From positions 2,080,001 to 2,144,000 of the forward strand of contig CBDCWG010000012.1 of assembly GCA_965223345.1 (NCBI GenBank): a DNA stretch of 64,000 nt, written 5' to 3'. Every line of letters begins with the position of its first letter. The first letter of the stretch is position 1. Source of the stretch: Nitrospinales bacterium. GTDB lineage: Bacteria > Nitrospinota > Nitrospinia > Nitrospinales > VA-1. Made by a program: the position numbers and the translations under genes. The notes under the pieces were generated by a model that saw only the letters and a program-made list of their open reading frames with translations, did not search any database and had not been told where the DNA came from. Of the stretch, positions 19,009 to 29,641 are shown one piece after another.

Positions 19009-19557
19009 ATGCCGTCGTTCAGAGTTATTAAAAAAATGGGAGTTTCCCTGATCTGCCTGTCCATAATTGCCTGTGTGGGGGCTTCCGGAGCTTCCGGACC
19101 GAAAGAGGGAGGTTTGACCGACGCCAACATCGCGGCGATCGTGGTCGGGGCCAACAAAATCGATATTTCCGCAGGCAACATCGCTCTGGACCGTTCGGCG
19201 AATCCGGAAATCAAGGAATTCGCGCAGCGCATGGTCACGGATCATCAGTCGGTTCTGGACTCCGCGGTGCAACTGGTCACACGCCTGGGCGTCACGCCGG
19301 TGAACAACGACCTGGTTCACGCCCTGTCCAAACAGTCCGCAGAGCACGAAGCGAAACTCAAAACCTTGAGCGGGGCGGCGTTCGACAAGGCTTACATCGA
19401 TCATGAGGTGGCGTATCATGAAGCGGTGATCGATGTGGTGAAAAACCAGTTGATTCCGGGTGCGCAGAATGACGAGTTGAAGGAAACGCTCATTTCCGTG
19501 GCGCCGGCGTTCGATGCGCATCTCGCGCACGCCAGGATGGTTCAGAGCAAACTGTAA
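19009..19557 (+). CDS. DUF4142 ferritin-like exported protein
   Basis: Signal peptide, FAQRMVTDH, FDKAYIDHEVAYH, HLAHA; AGGAGG RBS. Confidence 0.85.
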   Translation: MPSFRVIKKMGVSLICLSIIACVGASGASGPKEGGLTDANIAAIVVGANKIDISAGNIALDRSANPEIKEFAQRMVTDHQSVLDSAVQLVTRLGVTPVNNDLVHALSKQSAEHEAKLKTLSGAAFDKAYIDHEVAYHEAVIDVVKNQLIPGAQNDELKETLISVAPAFDAHLAHARMVQSKL

Positions 19558-19560
19558 ACG

Positions 19561-19935
19561 ATGGGACACAATCGAGGGGTGGCTCGAATCGTCGGGTCAC
19601 CCCGTTTCATTCTAATATCCCTGTTTCTTTTTGCGGGTTGTGTGCAAGGGGAAGCGATCAACAAGACCGAAGCCACTGCTTCGCAAACGCATGTGGTGGA
19701 GATCCGCAAGTTCCGGTTTCAGCCGCATACGCTGGAGGTGCGTTCGGGGGACACCATTCGATGGGTCAACAAGGACATCGTGCCGCACCGAATCGCACAC
19801 AAGACGCGCAGGCAATGGGAGTCTCTGGATTTGAAGCGGGGGGATTCGTTCCGGCAACGGATTCTGGTTTCGACCGGCTACGTCTGTGCGCTGCATCCAA
19901 CCATGCGGGGTAACATCATTGTGAAAGACGAGTGA
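19561..19935 (+). CDS. small cupredoxin (plastocyanin/amicyanin-like) lipoprotein
   Basis: FAGC lipobox, GDTIRWVNKDIVPH, C-x2-H-x2-M (CALHPTM) type-1 Cu ligands. Confidence 0.85.
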   Translation: MGHNRGVARIVGSPRFILISLFLFAGCVQGEAINKTEATASQTHVVEIRKFRFQPHTLEVRSGDTIRWVNKDIVPHRIAHKTRRQWESLDLKRGDSFRQRILVSTGYVCALHPTMRGNIIVKDE

Positions 19936-19971
19936 ATCTTTCGCAGAAACCAGCCTGGTTGATTATTCGAT

Positions 19972-20625
19972 TTACCGGGTGCGTTCGGTTGACTTGATCC
20001 GGAACCGGCAGACCTCACCGCCCTCCCGCACCATGCATTCCTCGTGCAGGATTTCCTTGTCCAGGAGCGTTTCCAGCAGCGCGGTGTCCAACTGGCAGAC
20101 TTCCTCCATTTCCTGGGCGAGATGGTGGTAGATGCAGTTGTGCGCTGTGATCACCGGCAGGTCTTTGCCGTTCTCGGTGGGTGCTTCGGCTTTGTATCCC
20201 AATTCCTGCATGATGTTGGCGACCTCCCGGATCTTGTCCGCAAGGGGCAGCCCCTGAAGCCGGGACTTGATCCCCTGGGCCAGGTTGCGCCCGATTTCGC
20301 GCATTTTCGCTTCCAGTCCAGCAGTCCCCAGTTCCGATTTCATGGATTTGAGCAGCAGCTCGGAGAACCAGGAATACTGTTTGGGGAACAGGTCGATGCC
20401 CTTTTCACTGAGAACGAACACCTGTCCCGGGCGGCCGCCCGTGGTGGTCAGGCTGCCTTTCTCGACGTAGCCCGCCTGTTCGAGGGACAACGCGTGCTGC
20501 TGAACGGCGGTGCGCGTGATGCCCAACTCCCTGGAAAGCTCGTCGATCGTCAGCCCTTTCTTGTGCAGGAGCAAGGTTTCCAGAAATTCGTGCTGACGGT
20601 TGCCAAAGCCGTAAAACATACTCAC
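19972..20625 (-). CDS. winged-helix transcriptional regulator, SufR-like, with Cys-rich C-terminal domain
   Basis: HTH LSRELGITRTAVQQH, GGRP, HNC/VC/EC/VC cysteines. Confidence 0.8.
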   Translation of the reverse strand: MSMFYGFGNRQHEFLETLLLHKKGLTIDELSRELGITRTAVQQHALSLEQAGYVEKGSLTTTGGRPGQVFVLSEKGIDLFPKQYSWFSELLLKSMKSELGTAGLEAKMREIGRNLAQGIKSRLQGLPLADKIREVANIMQELGYKAEAPTENGKDLPVITAHNCIYHHLAQEMEEVCQLDTALLETLLDKEILHEECMVREGGEVCRFRIKSTERTR

Positions 20626-20914
20626 CTCATCATGATCAAAACCGGTTGCAGACTCTCATGATACCAGTAAATCCGGCCGGTTTCCCAATAATGCGGTTGC
20701 GCCGGGCGGCGAGGCAAGGCAGGTCTGGATTTTGCCCCCTTTTTCAGGAATTTTCGCGCTGCACGCGAATCACATATTCCCCGCAGTCTTTCACTTTCGT
20801 ATTCCGGAAGAACTTGAACGGCCCTCCCGCCCGCGGTAAGCTGAAACTTCAACGCAAAACACCCCATTTCCCTGCGAAGTCTTTTCTTCTAATCCCCATC
20901 CCACGGGAGGTATC

Positions 20915-21634
20915 ATGGCAAACAAAAACCACTCCGGCAACTTCACTCTGGGTCTGTTCCTGTTTCTGGGGCTCGCGGTTCTGGGCTACCAGCTCGGCGA
21001 CAGCGCCATCCGCTTCAAGGAGTACGAGCGCACGGTGCGCGTGAAAGGGCTCTCCGAGAAGGAATACCCCGCCGACATCGTGCTGTGGCCCATCGTGTTC
21101 ACAGAAGCGGGCAACGACCTGTCCAACCTGTATGCCTCTCTCGAGAAGAACGCCGGAAAAATCCGTAAGTTTCTCAAGGATGCCGGCATCGAGGATGCGG
21201 AGATCACCGTGTCGCCGCCTTCCATCACGGACAAGCTGGCGCAGCAGTACGGCAATACCCAGAAGGCGAAGTTTCGCTACACCGCCATCCAGGCCATCAC
21301 CGTATATACAAAAAAAGTGGAGCCGGTGCGCGGCATCATCAACCGGCTGGCGGAACTGGGCAAGCAGGGCATCGTGTTCACCGAAGGCGGTTACCGCAAC
21401 ACGACCGAGTACATCTTCACGCAACTGAACACGGTCAAGCCCGCGATGGTGGAGGAAGCCACCAACAAGGCGCGCGAGGTGGCGGAAAAATTCGCACAGG
21501 ATTCCAACAGCACGCTCGGCAAGATCAAGCGCGCCACGCAGGGCCAGTTTTCCATCTCGCCGCGCGACCGGCACAACCCGCACATCAAGAAAATCCGCGT
21601 GGTCTCCACCGTGGAATATTATCTGTCCGATTGA
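20915..21634 (+). CDS. SIMPL (DUF541) domain protein
   Basis: RTVRVKGLSE, LGKIKRATQGQFSI, KKIRVVSTVEYYL. Confidence 0.88.
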   Translation: MANKNHSGNFTLGLFLFLGLAVLGYQLGDSAIRFKEYERTVRVKGLSEKEYPADIVLWPIVFTEAGNDLSNLYASLEKNAGKIRKFLKDAGIEDAEITVSPPSITDKLAQQYGNTQKAKFRYTAIQAITVYTKKVEPVRGIINRLAELGKQGIVFTEGGYRNTTEYIFTQLNTVKPAMVEEATNKAREVAEKFAQDSNSTLGKIKRATQGQFSISPRDRHNPHIKKIRVVSTVEYYLSD

Positions 21635-21643
21635 ACCCTGATT

Positions 21644-22474
21644 TTAATTGAATGAATCCCCGGCGCCGCCGGATTCGGGAGCGATTCGGTATTCGCTGCC
21701 GGGCAGGGCGGGGGCGGCTTTGAGCGGCTGCGCGTCCAGGGCTTCGTGGGCGTGCGAGTGGTTGTCCGCGGGGAAGCCGAACTCGTCCGGGTTTTGTGTG
21801 TGCAGGTAGCCGTGCATCTGCATCAGAAACAATAAAGCGCCCGCCAGGATGAGGCCGTTGTTGGAGACGGAGGTGAACTGCAGAAATGATTTCGTGCGGC
21901 GGAAGCGATAGAGCAGGGCCACCATGACGCAAAGCGCGGCGATCTGTCCCAGCTCGATTCCCAGGTTGAACGAGAGGATGCGCAGCACGATGCCCTCATC
22001 CCCGAGCGGCAGCTGCTGCAGGCGCGTGGACAGGCCGAACCCGTGGATGAAGCCGAGCAGGAAAATCGCCGCCAGCAGGTTGGGGGCTTTTTCGAAATAT
22101 TTTTTGAAACCGCCGAGATTCTCGAAGCCGATGTAGCAGACGCTGAGCGCAATGATGGCGTCGATGAGAAAGTAGTTGGCCGTGATCCCCATGAGGGTGG
22201 CGGCGATGAGGGTGATGCTGTGGCCGATGGTGAAAGCGGTGATGTATTTGACGATGTCCCAGAAGGTGGTGAGAAAGAACACGATGCCGAACACGAACAA
22301 CAGGTGGTCGAAGCCGGTCAGCATGTGGGTGGCCCCGAGCCAGATGTACTGGGCGTAGCCGCCTTCGAGCATGGCCTGTTTCTGGGCTTCGGTCATGCCG
22401 TGGGCGAACGCCGATTGCGCTGATAACAATAACAGCGCTGCGCCGATAAACCTGCAAAGGGTTTTGGGTTTCAT
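21644..22474 (-). CDS. HupE/UreJ-family membrane protein (putative metal transporter)
   Basis: HMLTGFDHLLF, FTIGHSITL, HGFG, FNLGIELGQ. Confidence 0.88.
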   Translation of the reverse strand: MKPKTLCRFIGAALLLLSAQSAFAHGMTEAQKQAMLEGGYAQYIWLGATHMLTGFDHLLFVFGIVFFLTTFWDIVKYITAFTIGHSITLIAATLMGITANYFLIDAIIALSVCYIGFENLGGFKKYFEKAPNLLAAIFLLGFIHGFGLSTRLQQLPLGDEGIVLRILSFNLGIELGQIAALCVMVALLYRFRRTKSFLQFTSVSNNGLILAGALLFLMQMHGYLHTQNPDEFGFPADNHSHAHEALDAQPLKAAPALPGSEYRIAPESGGAGDSFN

Positions 22475-22514
22475 GGCATTCGCCTAAAGTTGTTCGTGAG
22501 TCTGTTTGGGAGCG

Positions 22515-24437
22515 TTATTCCCCCTTGTTCGCGGGGTTGCTGATGAGATAGGTGTAGCCGTTGAGCCCTTCTTTATAGAGTTTGAGAAAATCGTCGGCTT
22601 CCTGCTGGGTGACCGTGCCGTCCTTGACGCAGCCGATGAGAAAGCCCGCGATGCGTCCCGCCAGTTCGTCCGCGCGAAACTGCACGTAATCGAGCACGTC
22701 GGTGACGGCCTCGCCTTCGATGACCTGCTCGTAGTTCAGGCTGCCGTCTTCCTGGATGGACACGTGAATCGTGTTGGTGTCGCCGAACAGGTTGTGCAGA
22801 TCGCCGAGGATTTCCTGGTACGCGCCGAGCAAAAAAATCCCCAATTGATACGGCTCGCCCGGTTCCAGCGGGTGCACCTTGAGGGATTTTTCCGTGCCGC
22901 GCTGGTTGCCGATGAACAGGTCGATGCGTCCGTCGGAATCGCAGGTGATGTCCTCCAGGGTCGCGGCGCGCGTCGGCTCTTCGTTGAGGCGCTGGATCGG
23001 CACCACAGGAAACACGTGGTCGATGGCCCAGGAGTCGGGCACGGACTGAAATACGGAGAAGTTGCAGAAATATTTGTCGGACAGGTTGTCCTTGAGGGCC
23101 TTGATCTCATCGGGCAGAAACTTGAGCCGGGTCGCCAGCTTTTCGATCTTGCGGCTGATGCCCCAGAAGATGCGCTCCACGAGAGCGCGGTTTTCCAGCG
23201 AGATCATGCCCAGCAGGAACTGGCTCTGGGCTTCCTCTTTCAAGTGCACGGCGTCGTGCCAGGATTCGGTCAGGTTTTTGTTCGAGGTGTGGTTGAGCAC
23301 GTCGTGGATTTCGTGCACGACGTCCGGAACGTCCTCGCCGATTTCGATCGTGTCCTTCCATTCCGGAAACGAGGTGACGTCCAGCACGTTGACCACCAGC
23401 AGGGAATGGTAGGCGGTCATCGCGCGCCCCGATTCGGAGATGATGTTGGGATGCGGCAGGTTCTCGTCCTCGCAGATCTCCAGCAGGTGGTAGACCACGT
23501 CGTTGGCGTATTCCTGCACGGTGTAGTTGGTGCTGGAATGAAAGGTGGAGTGCGAGCCGTCGTAATCGACGCCCAGCCCGCCGCCCACGTCGATGTACTG
23601 GATGTTGCAGCCTTCGCGCATCAGCTCCGAGTAGTAGCGCCCGACTTCCTTAAGGCTGTTTTTGATGCGGCGGATGTTGGTGATCTGGCTGCCCAGGTGA
23701 AAGTGGATGAGCTGGATGCAGTCCAGGATCTCGTGTTTGCGCGCGATCCCGAGCGCGTCCACCAGTTCCATCGGGTTGAGGCCGAATTTGGAGTATTCGC
23801 CGCCGGACAACGCCCAGCGGCCCGATCCCGCGCTGACCAGTTTGATCCGCAGGCCGATGTTGGGGCGCACGCCCACTTCCTTGGCGACTTTCGCGATCAG
23901 TTCCAGCTCGTCGAGTTTTTCCACGACGATGAACACGCGCTTGCCCAGTTTCTGGCCCATGAGGGCGAGCCGGATGAAGGGTTCGTCCTTGTAGCCGTTG
24001 CAGATCAGAAGGGCTTCCGGGTTGTCCATGATGGCGAGGATGGCGTGCAGCTCCGGCTTGGACCCGGCTTCCAGGCCGATGTTGTAGGGCCGGCCGAACT
24101 TCACGATCTCTTCGACCACCTGCCGCTGCTGGTTCACCTTGATCGGGTAGACGCCGTGGTACTGGCCCTTGTAGTGGTATTCCTCGATGGCGTTCTGGAA
24201 AACGGTGGTCAGGCGGTGGATGCTGGAGCGCAGAATATCGGAGAACCTGAGAAGGACGGGCAGCGAGTAGCCTTTGGACTGGATGTCGTCCACCAGTTCC
24301 TTGAGGTCGATGGCGTGCTTGCTCTGGCGGTTGGGCTGCACGACCATGTGGCCTTTGCTGTTGACGTCAAAATAGCCGGCGCCCCAGCCATAGATGTTAT
24401 AATGTTCCCTTGATTCTTCGATCGTCCATTTCCGCAT
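22515..24437 (-). CDS. speA: biosynthetic arginine decarboxylase
   Basis: YPIKVNQ, LEAGSKPEL, HFHLGSQ, DVGGGLG, TCDSDG, GAYQE. Confidence 0.97.
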   Translation of the reverse strand: MRKWTIEESREHYNIYGWGAGYFDVNSKGHMVVQPNRQSKHAIDLKELVDDIQSKGYSLPVLLRFSDILRSSIHRLTTVFQNAIEEYHYKGQYHGVYPIKVNQQRQVVEEIVKFGRPYNIGLEAGSKPELHAILAIMDNPEALLICNGYKDEPFIRLALMGQKLGKRVFIVVEKLDELELIAKVAKEVGVRPNIGLRIKLVSAGSGRWALSGGEYSKFGLNPMELVDALGIARKHEILDCIQLIHFHLGSQITNIRRIKNSLKEVGRYYSELMREGCNIQYIDVGGGLGVDYDGSHSTFHSSTNYTVQEYANDVVYHLLEICEDENLPHPNIISESGRAMTAYHSLLVVNVLDVTSFPEWKDTIEIGEDVPDVVHEIHDVLNHTSNKNLTESWHDAVHLKEEAQSQFLLGMISLENRALVERIFWGISRKIEKLATRLKFLPDEIKALKDNLSDKYFCNFSVFQSVPDSWAIDHVFPVVPIQRLNEEPTRAATLEDITCDSDGRIDLFIGNQRGTEKSLKVHPLEPGEPYQLGIFLLGAYQEILGDLHNLFGDTNTIHVSIQEDGSLNYEQVIEGEAVTDVLDYVQFRADELAGRIAGFLIGCVKDGTVTQQEADDFLKLYKEGLNGYTYLISNPANKGE

Positions 24438-24639
24438 TTTCGGGCTCCGTCGGCGGCTGCTTCCAGGGCATTCCGGGGGAAGGTCGCCTGAGTTTCAGGA
24501 ATCATTAAAATCAGCGAAATCACGTTAAAAGTCAAACAAAAACCAGCGGGGGTGCAAGGCTGCGTCGCACCCCTTAAGAAACCTGCCGCGCCGGGGAATC
24601 ACGTCCTTGAAAACACGCGGTTTTGTGGAGAAAACGGAA

Positions 24640-25912
24640 TATGAGTTCTACCGGCACCAATGTTGTTGAACGCGCGAAAATTGAAAACGTCGATGTGCGG
24701 GACATCGCCCGCGAACACGGGACCCCGGTGTACGTGTATTCGCTCGCGGCCTTGAGAAAATCGATCGCCGAGATCAAACCGCTGGCGCCGGTGACCCGCT
24801 ACGCCATGAAGGCCTGCTCGAACGCGGCCATCCTGAAAGAGATGCTCAAGCAGGGCATCAAGATCGACGCGGTGAACATCTATGAGGTGAAGCGCGCGCT
24901 GAAAATCGGGTTCGCCGCCGAGGACATTCTGTTCACCAGCGACCTGTTCATCCAGCCCGACGATGTGCGGTTCTGCCTCGACAACGGTATCTTCGTCAAC
25001 TGCGGCACTCTGGGGATGGTGGAGGAATACGGCCAGGCGCTCAAGAAAAACGGCGCGGGCTCGCCGAAGATCTCCATCCGCATCAACCCCGGCGAAGGCG
25101 TCGGCCACTCGAAAAAGACCAACACCGGCGGACCCTACAGCAAGCACGGCATCTGGTTCGAGAACCTCGACGCGGCGCAGCAAATCGCCGATAAGTACGG
25201 GCTCACGATCTCGGGCGCGCACATTCACATCGGCTCCGGCGGCGACATGGAACATCTGAAGCGCATCACCGGCAAGCTGGTGGAGTTCGCCAAGCGCTTT
25301 TCCGGGCTGGAGGTCATCAATTTCGGCGGCGGCCTGCCGTATCAGTACGACCCGGAAAAACCGCAGGAAGACATCTCCGGCTACCGCACCATCCTCGAAG
25401 AGCGCACAGCCATTCTGGAAAAACATTTCGGCCGCAGCATCGTCTGCGAGATCGAACCGGGCAGGCGTTTCGTCGCGGGCTGCGGTACGCTGCTCGGCGA
25501 GGTGCGCTCGCTCAACCACACCTTCGACGAGGACCGCAAGCGGCTGGACTACGTGCTGGTGAACGTGGGCTTCTGCCATCTGATCCGGCCGATGGCGTAC
25601 GGATCGTTCCATCCCATCTGGTTCGTCGGCGACGATCTCGGGCCGGAGCAGGATCTCATCATCGCCGGGCCGGTGTGCGAGTCGGGCGACGTGCTGACCC
25701 AGAAAAACGAGGAGCCGGTGCCGCGCCGGCTGCCGATGCCGAAAGTCGGGGATCTCGTTCTGATCGGTGGGGCCGGGGCGTACGGGTTTGCGATGTCCTC
25801 CAATTACAACTCCCAGCCCCTGATCCCGGAAGTGGTGGTGGACGGCGACCGCTTCACCCTGAGCCGCCGGCGGCAGACCCTCGACGACGTGCTGCGCGAG
25901 GAAACCGCCTGA
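24640..25912 (+). CDS. lysA: diaminopimelate decarboxylase
   Basis: YAMKA, HIHIGSG, EPGR, GPVCESGD, GAYG..MSSNYN. Confidence 0.9.
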
Positions 25913-25932
25913 TTCACCCACAGCCCGGAAAA

Positions 25933-26331
25933 ATGTCTGCAATAACACCCCTGCTGAGATTTCCGAGTGCCCAGAAACACGATCCTGCCATCGACGCCTG
26001 GCTTGACGATGGCGAGAGCGAGCTTTATGCCGTTGCGCGGCACTGGTTCGAACGCATGCGCGCCTGCGGCGGTGATGTCCGCGAACTCATGCACGACGGA
26101 TGCCCCACCGCCTGCGTGGGCGATGCGGCCTTTGCCTATGTGAATGTCTTCAGGGCGCACATGAATGTCGGTTTTTTCCTGGGCGCATTCATGCAGGACC
26201 CCGAAAACTTAATGGAAGGCACCGGGAAATGCATGCGGCATGTGAAAATCAAACCCGGCAAGGCAATCGATGGGGAGGCGCTTGGACAATTGGTGCAAGA
26301 CAGCTACCGGATTGTCAAAAAGAACGCCTGA
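25933..26331 (+). CDS. DUF1801 domain protein
   Basis: DVRELMHDGCPTAC, HMNVGFF, EGTGKCMRHVKI. Confidence 0.8.
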   Translation: MSAITPLLRFPSAQKHDPAIDAWLDDGESELYAVARHWFERMRACGGDVRELMHDGCPTACVGDAAFAYVNVFRAHMNVGFFLGAFMQDPENLMEGTGKCMRHVKIKPGKAIDGEALGQLVQDSYRIVKKNA

Positions 26332-26430
26332 GCCTTTAATTTCTGATCTCTCACCAAAGCCACCCAATTAAAATTCGTTCCCGCAGTGAAGATTCGGTCC
26401 CGCCCCCTTCGTGCCGCATCGGGTTTCATT

Positions 26431-26736
26431 TCAAAACAACGCATCCACTTTCTGCGCCATCTGCACGTCGGCCAGCGTGACGCCGCTTGCGGTGTGGGTC
26501 CAGTAGCGCACGGTGATGCGCTTGTAATGGATGAAGATATCCGGATGGTGGTTGTTTTCCTCGGCCAGTTCCGCCACCTTGTGGACGAAGTCGATGCCCT
26601 CCATGAACGCGCGGGCGTGCTTGACCCGTTCGATGTGCGGGACGCCCTTGTCGTTTTTTCCGGTTTTCCACTCCGGCGCCATTGCCTTCAGTTTTTCCTG
26701 CAGTTCGCTTTCCGTCAGCGCGACTTTTTCCACCAT
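26431..26736 (-). CDS. phhB: pterin-4-alpha-carbinolamine dehydratase
   Basis: AEENNHHPDI and WTHTASGVT..D motifs. Confidence 0.9.
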   Translation of the reverse strand: MVEKVALTESELQEKLKAMAPEWKTGKNDKGVPHIERVKHARAFMEGIDFVHKVAELAEENNHHPDIFIHYKRITVRYWTHTASGVTLADVQMAQKVDALF

Positions 26737-26964
26737 GTTCGAAACTCCTGATCGAAATGTTCGAAGGAGGGATATTCCGGCGCAAACCATCCGGGAAACC
26801 CCTTTCATCGTTTGATTTTGCGAGGATCTTTGTTAAGTTAAAAATTATAACAGAAACGTGCTCTCGCTCCTTATCTGCGCCGCAATTTCCACGAATGCTG
26901 TGAAAACGGGCGCAACGACACCGGAGACGGAACGAACCTTTTGGACCCCAAGCTGAGGTAACCC

Positions 26965-27756
26965 ATGAAGACCATCAAAACCCTGCTCTCAATCGCTCTT
27001 ATTCTGGCCGTCGTGTCCCCTGTTCAGGCTAAGGAAGAAGGCGTCAGAATGTTCGGCATCAAGGAGGCGACCATTCATTATAAAATGGAAGGGTCGATGA
27101 ACGGCACGCGCGTGCAGTATTTCAAGGATTACGGCAAGCAGCTCGCGGAAGAGATGCGATCCGAAGTGAACGTCATGGGCATGTCCATAAAGCAGCACAA
27201 CCGAACCATCACGCAGGGACCCTGGGTGGTGAGCATCGATCTGGAAAAGAACACCGCGACGCGCATGCGCAATCCCATGTACGAACAGATCAAGAAAAGC
27301 GCCGCGGCCGGGAAAGGCAAAAAGGCCTCGGAGCGTTACATGAAGGCGATGGGCGGCACGGACACGGGCAAAACCGAAAAATTCGCCGGTGAAAAATGCC
27401 GCATCTGGGACGTTCCCCGTTTTGTTTCGAAAATGTGCGTCACCGACGACGGACTGCCGATCTGGCACGAAAGCAATGTGGCGGGCATGAAGAACACGTT
27501 TGTCGCCACGAAAATCATCAAAGGCGATCCCGGTCCGGCCAGCGTCTATGAAGTTCCCAAAGGCATGACGGTGACGGACCAGGAAATGCCCGACCTCAGC
27601 CAGTTTCAGGAAATGCGCAAGCACCGCTCCCAGGCGATGAAGGAGATGCAGCGGGAGCGGGCAAACAACCCGGATGCCGCGCAGATGCCCGATATGGAAA
27701 ATATGCCGGATATGCAAAAGCTGATGGAGATGTTCAAGCCCAAGAGGCAGAACTGA
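26965..27756 (+). CDS. exported hypothetical protein (DUF4412-like), Met-rich C-terminus
   Basis: Signal peptide VQA-KEE, TGKTEKFAGEKCRIW motif, MPDM repeats. Confidence 0.65.
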   Translation: MKTIKTLLSIALILAVVSPVQAKEEGVRMFGIKEATIHYKMEGSMNGTRVQYFKDYGKQLAEEMRSEVNVMGMSIKQHNRTITQGPWVVSIDLEKNTATRMRNPMYEQIKKSAAAGKGKKASERYMKAMGGTDTGKTEKFAGEKCRIWDVPRFVSKMCVTDDGLPIWHESNVAGMKNTFVATKIIKGDPGPASVYEVPKGMTVTDQEMPDLSQFQEMRKHRSQAMKEMQRERANNPDAAQMPDMENMPDMQKLMEMFKPKRQN

Positions 27757-27767
27757 CCGGCGAAAAC

Positions 27768-28496
27768 TTGGCGAGAATCAGCAAGCACGCGGTCCGGGAA
27801 AAAATCTGGCAGCATCTGCGTGAGGCCGGACTCGCGCGTTTCCCCTTTCCCATTCAGCACCGCATTCCCAACTTCAAAGACGCCGAGGCCGCCGCAAGGC
27901 GGCTCGCTGCCGAGCCTTTCTACAAAGACGCGCAGAACCTCAAGTGCAACCCCGACAGCCCGCAGCGCCCGGTGCGCCTGCAGGCGCTCAAAGACGGCAA
28001 GACCGTGTTCATGGCGGTGCCGCGCCTGCGCGAGGCGCGCTGCTTCCTCCGTCTCGACCCTCATAGAATCGATCCTGAAAACCTGAAGAAAGCCGCGAGC
28101 ATCGCCGGGGCGGCGAAGTTTGGCGTTCCCGTTTTGCCAAAGGAAATGCTCGCCATCGATCTTATCGTCGCGGGCTCGGTCGCGGTGCGGGAAAACGGCG
28201 CGCGGGCAGGGAAGGGCGGCGGTTACTCGGATCTGGAATTCGCACTCGCCACCGAGCTCGGCATCGTGACGCCGCAGACGAAGATCGTCAGCACCGTGCA
28301 CGACGATCAGGTGGTGGCCGATAGCTGGCAGGTACAGCCCTACGACATCCCGCTGGATTACATCGTCACACCGACGCGGACGATTGAATGCAGAGACCGG
28401 CATCCCCGGCCGAAGGGAATTTTATGGGACCTGCTGAAAGAGGAGATGCTCAAGGATATTCCGGTTTTGCAGGAGAGGAAAAGACGCAACGGATAA
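27768..28496 (+). CDS. 5-formyltetrahydrofolate cyclo-ligase family protein (MTHFSD/archaeal-like)
   Basis: RIPNF, NPDSPQ, GSVAV, GKGGGYSDLE, D.PLDYIVTP. Confidence 0.85.
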   Translation: MARISKHAVREKIWQHLREAGLARFPFPIQHRIPNFKDAEAAARRLAAEPFYKDAQNLKCNPDSPQRPVRLQALKDGKTVFMAVPRLREARCFLRLDPHRIDPENLKKAASIAGAAKFGVPVLPKEMLAIDLIVAGSVAVRENGARAGKGGGYSDLEFALATELGIVTPQTKIVSTVHDDQVVADSWQVQPYDIPLDYIVTPTRTIECRDRHPRPKGILWDLLKEEMLKDIPVLQERKRRNG

Positions 28497-28600
28497 CCGC
28501 AAAGAAAAGAATCAGACAGGGTTGACAGGATAAAAGCAAAAAAGCGGTCTCGCGCAAAGGCGCAAAGGAAATATGAGCCGGAAAAGCGCAGAAGAAGTTC

Positions 28601-29437
28601 TTAAAAAAGTGCTGTTGAGTCTGGCTTGACCGCTTTGAATACGATGGCTTGCAGCGGTATTTTCAGCGGGCTCGGGCCGAATTCAGCTTCAATGGCTTGG
28701 GCGACGGCTTTTGTCACTTCATTCGCCGTTGCGTTTGCCCGTTCGTTGATCTCAAGGATACCCGGGTTGCCTTCCACCAGCCCTTTTGCAATAGAGTCGG
28801 GTTCCAGTCCCTCTATCGTTTCAGACACGGTATCAAACTCGATATTTGTCAAACCCGCCTGCTCTAACAGAATTTTTATAGGATCGATGTCATAAAAGCC
28901 AAAAGGGGTTTTGAGGAATTTCGGCGGCTCGTCGTCAAAAAAACCGGAGATCGTTTCATGGGCGATCGCAACGCATCGATTCTGCTCAAACGAATCCCAG
29001 ACGTTGAACGCAAGCAATCCACCCGGCTTGAGCACCCGGCTCATTTCATTCACCGCTTTCAATTTGTCGGGAAAAAACATGAGGCCGAACTGGCATAAAA
29101 CCAGATCGAATTCCCGGTCCTCGAAGGGAAGCGACAGCGCATCCGCGATCTCAAATGTGACCCCCTGCAAGTGACCCTGCTTTTTTCGTGCGTGTTCGAT
29201 CATGGCGCCATTGAGGTCGGTTGCAAGAATCACCGCCGTCTCCGGAGACGTTTTGCGGAAATGGTGCGTGGCGATTCCAGTGCCGCAGGCCACCTCGAGT
29301 ATTTTGCCGTGGGGAGGGATGTGGTCCTTGATACGCGCAGCCAGATCCTTGGCCGAAAACTCAAAAAGCAATGGCCCCAGACAGGTATCGTATATTTCGG
29401 GAATCGATCCTGTGAATTGTGAATGTTTTTGGCTCAT
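28601..29437 (-). CDS. class I SAM-dependent methyltransferase (UbiE-like)
   Basis: FTGSIPEIYD, LEVACGTG, CQFGLMFFPD, RVLKPGG. Confidence 0.9.
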   Translation of the reverse strand: MSQKHSQFTGSIPEIYDTCLGPLLFEFSAKDLAARIKDHIPPHGKILEVACGTGIATHHFRKTSPETAVILATDLNGAMIEHARKKQGHLQGVTFEIADALSLPFEDREFDLVLCQFGLMFFPDKLKAVNEMSRVLKPGGLLAFNVWDSFEQNRCVAIAHETISGFFDDEPPKFLKTPFGFYDIDPIKILLEQAGLTNIEFDTVSETIEGLEPDSIAKGLVEGNPGILEINERANATANEVTKAVAQAIEAEFGPSPLKIPLQAIVFKAVKPDSTALF

Positions 29438-29547
29438 GCTGTTGAATAACGATTGCAGGTTCAGTAACCGCAACAGCTCCTCTATTTTTGTGACTGGGAG
29501 TGGAAATAGTACAACAAAATCCATATCGGCGCAAAACGGATACACCT

Positions 29548-29632
29548 ATCACCCTGAGGCCTTCAGCATACTCAAGTCAGCCTCGGTCGAAGGGGGAAGG
29601 GGAAAGTCATGCTTCGACAAGCTCAGCATGAC
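29548..29632. repeat. REP-like palindromic element
   Basis: ATCACCCTGAG...GTCGAAGGG...TCATGCTTCGACAAGCTCAGCATGAC; imperfectly complementary arms. Confidence 0.55.
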
Positions 29633-29641
29633 AGTCACATT

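Noticed and set aside
22506..24413. 635-aa plus-strand ORF, and similar long ORFs at 315-989, 6280-7836, 39617-41335, 49062-51101 and 56741-58267
   Set aside because: Antisense shadows of well-supported genes, expected from high-GC codon bias; no motifs.
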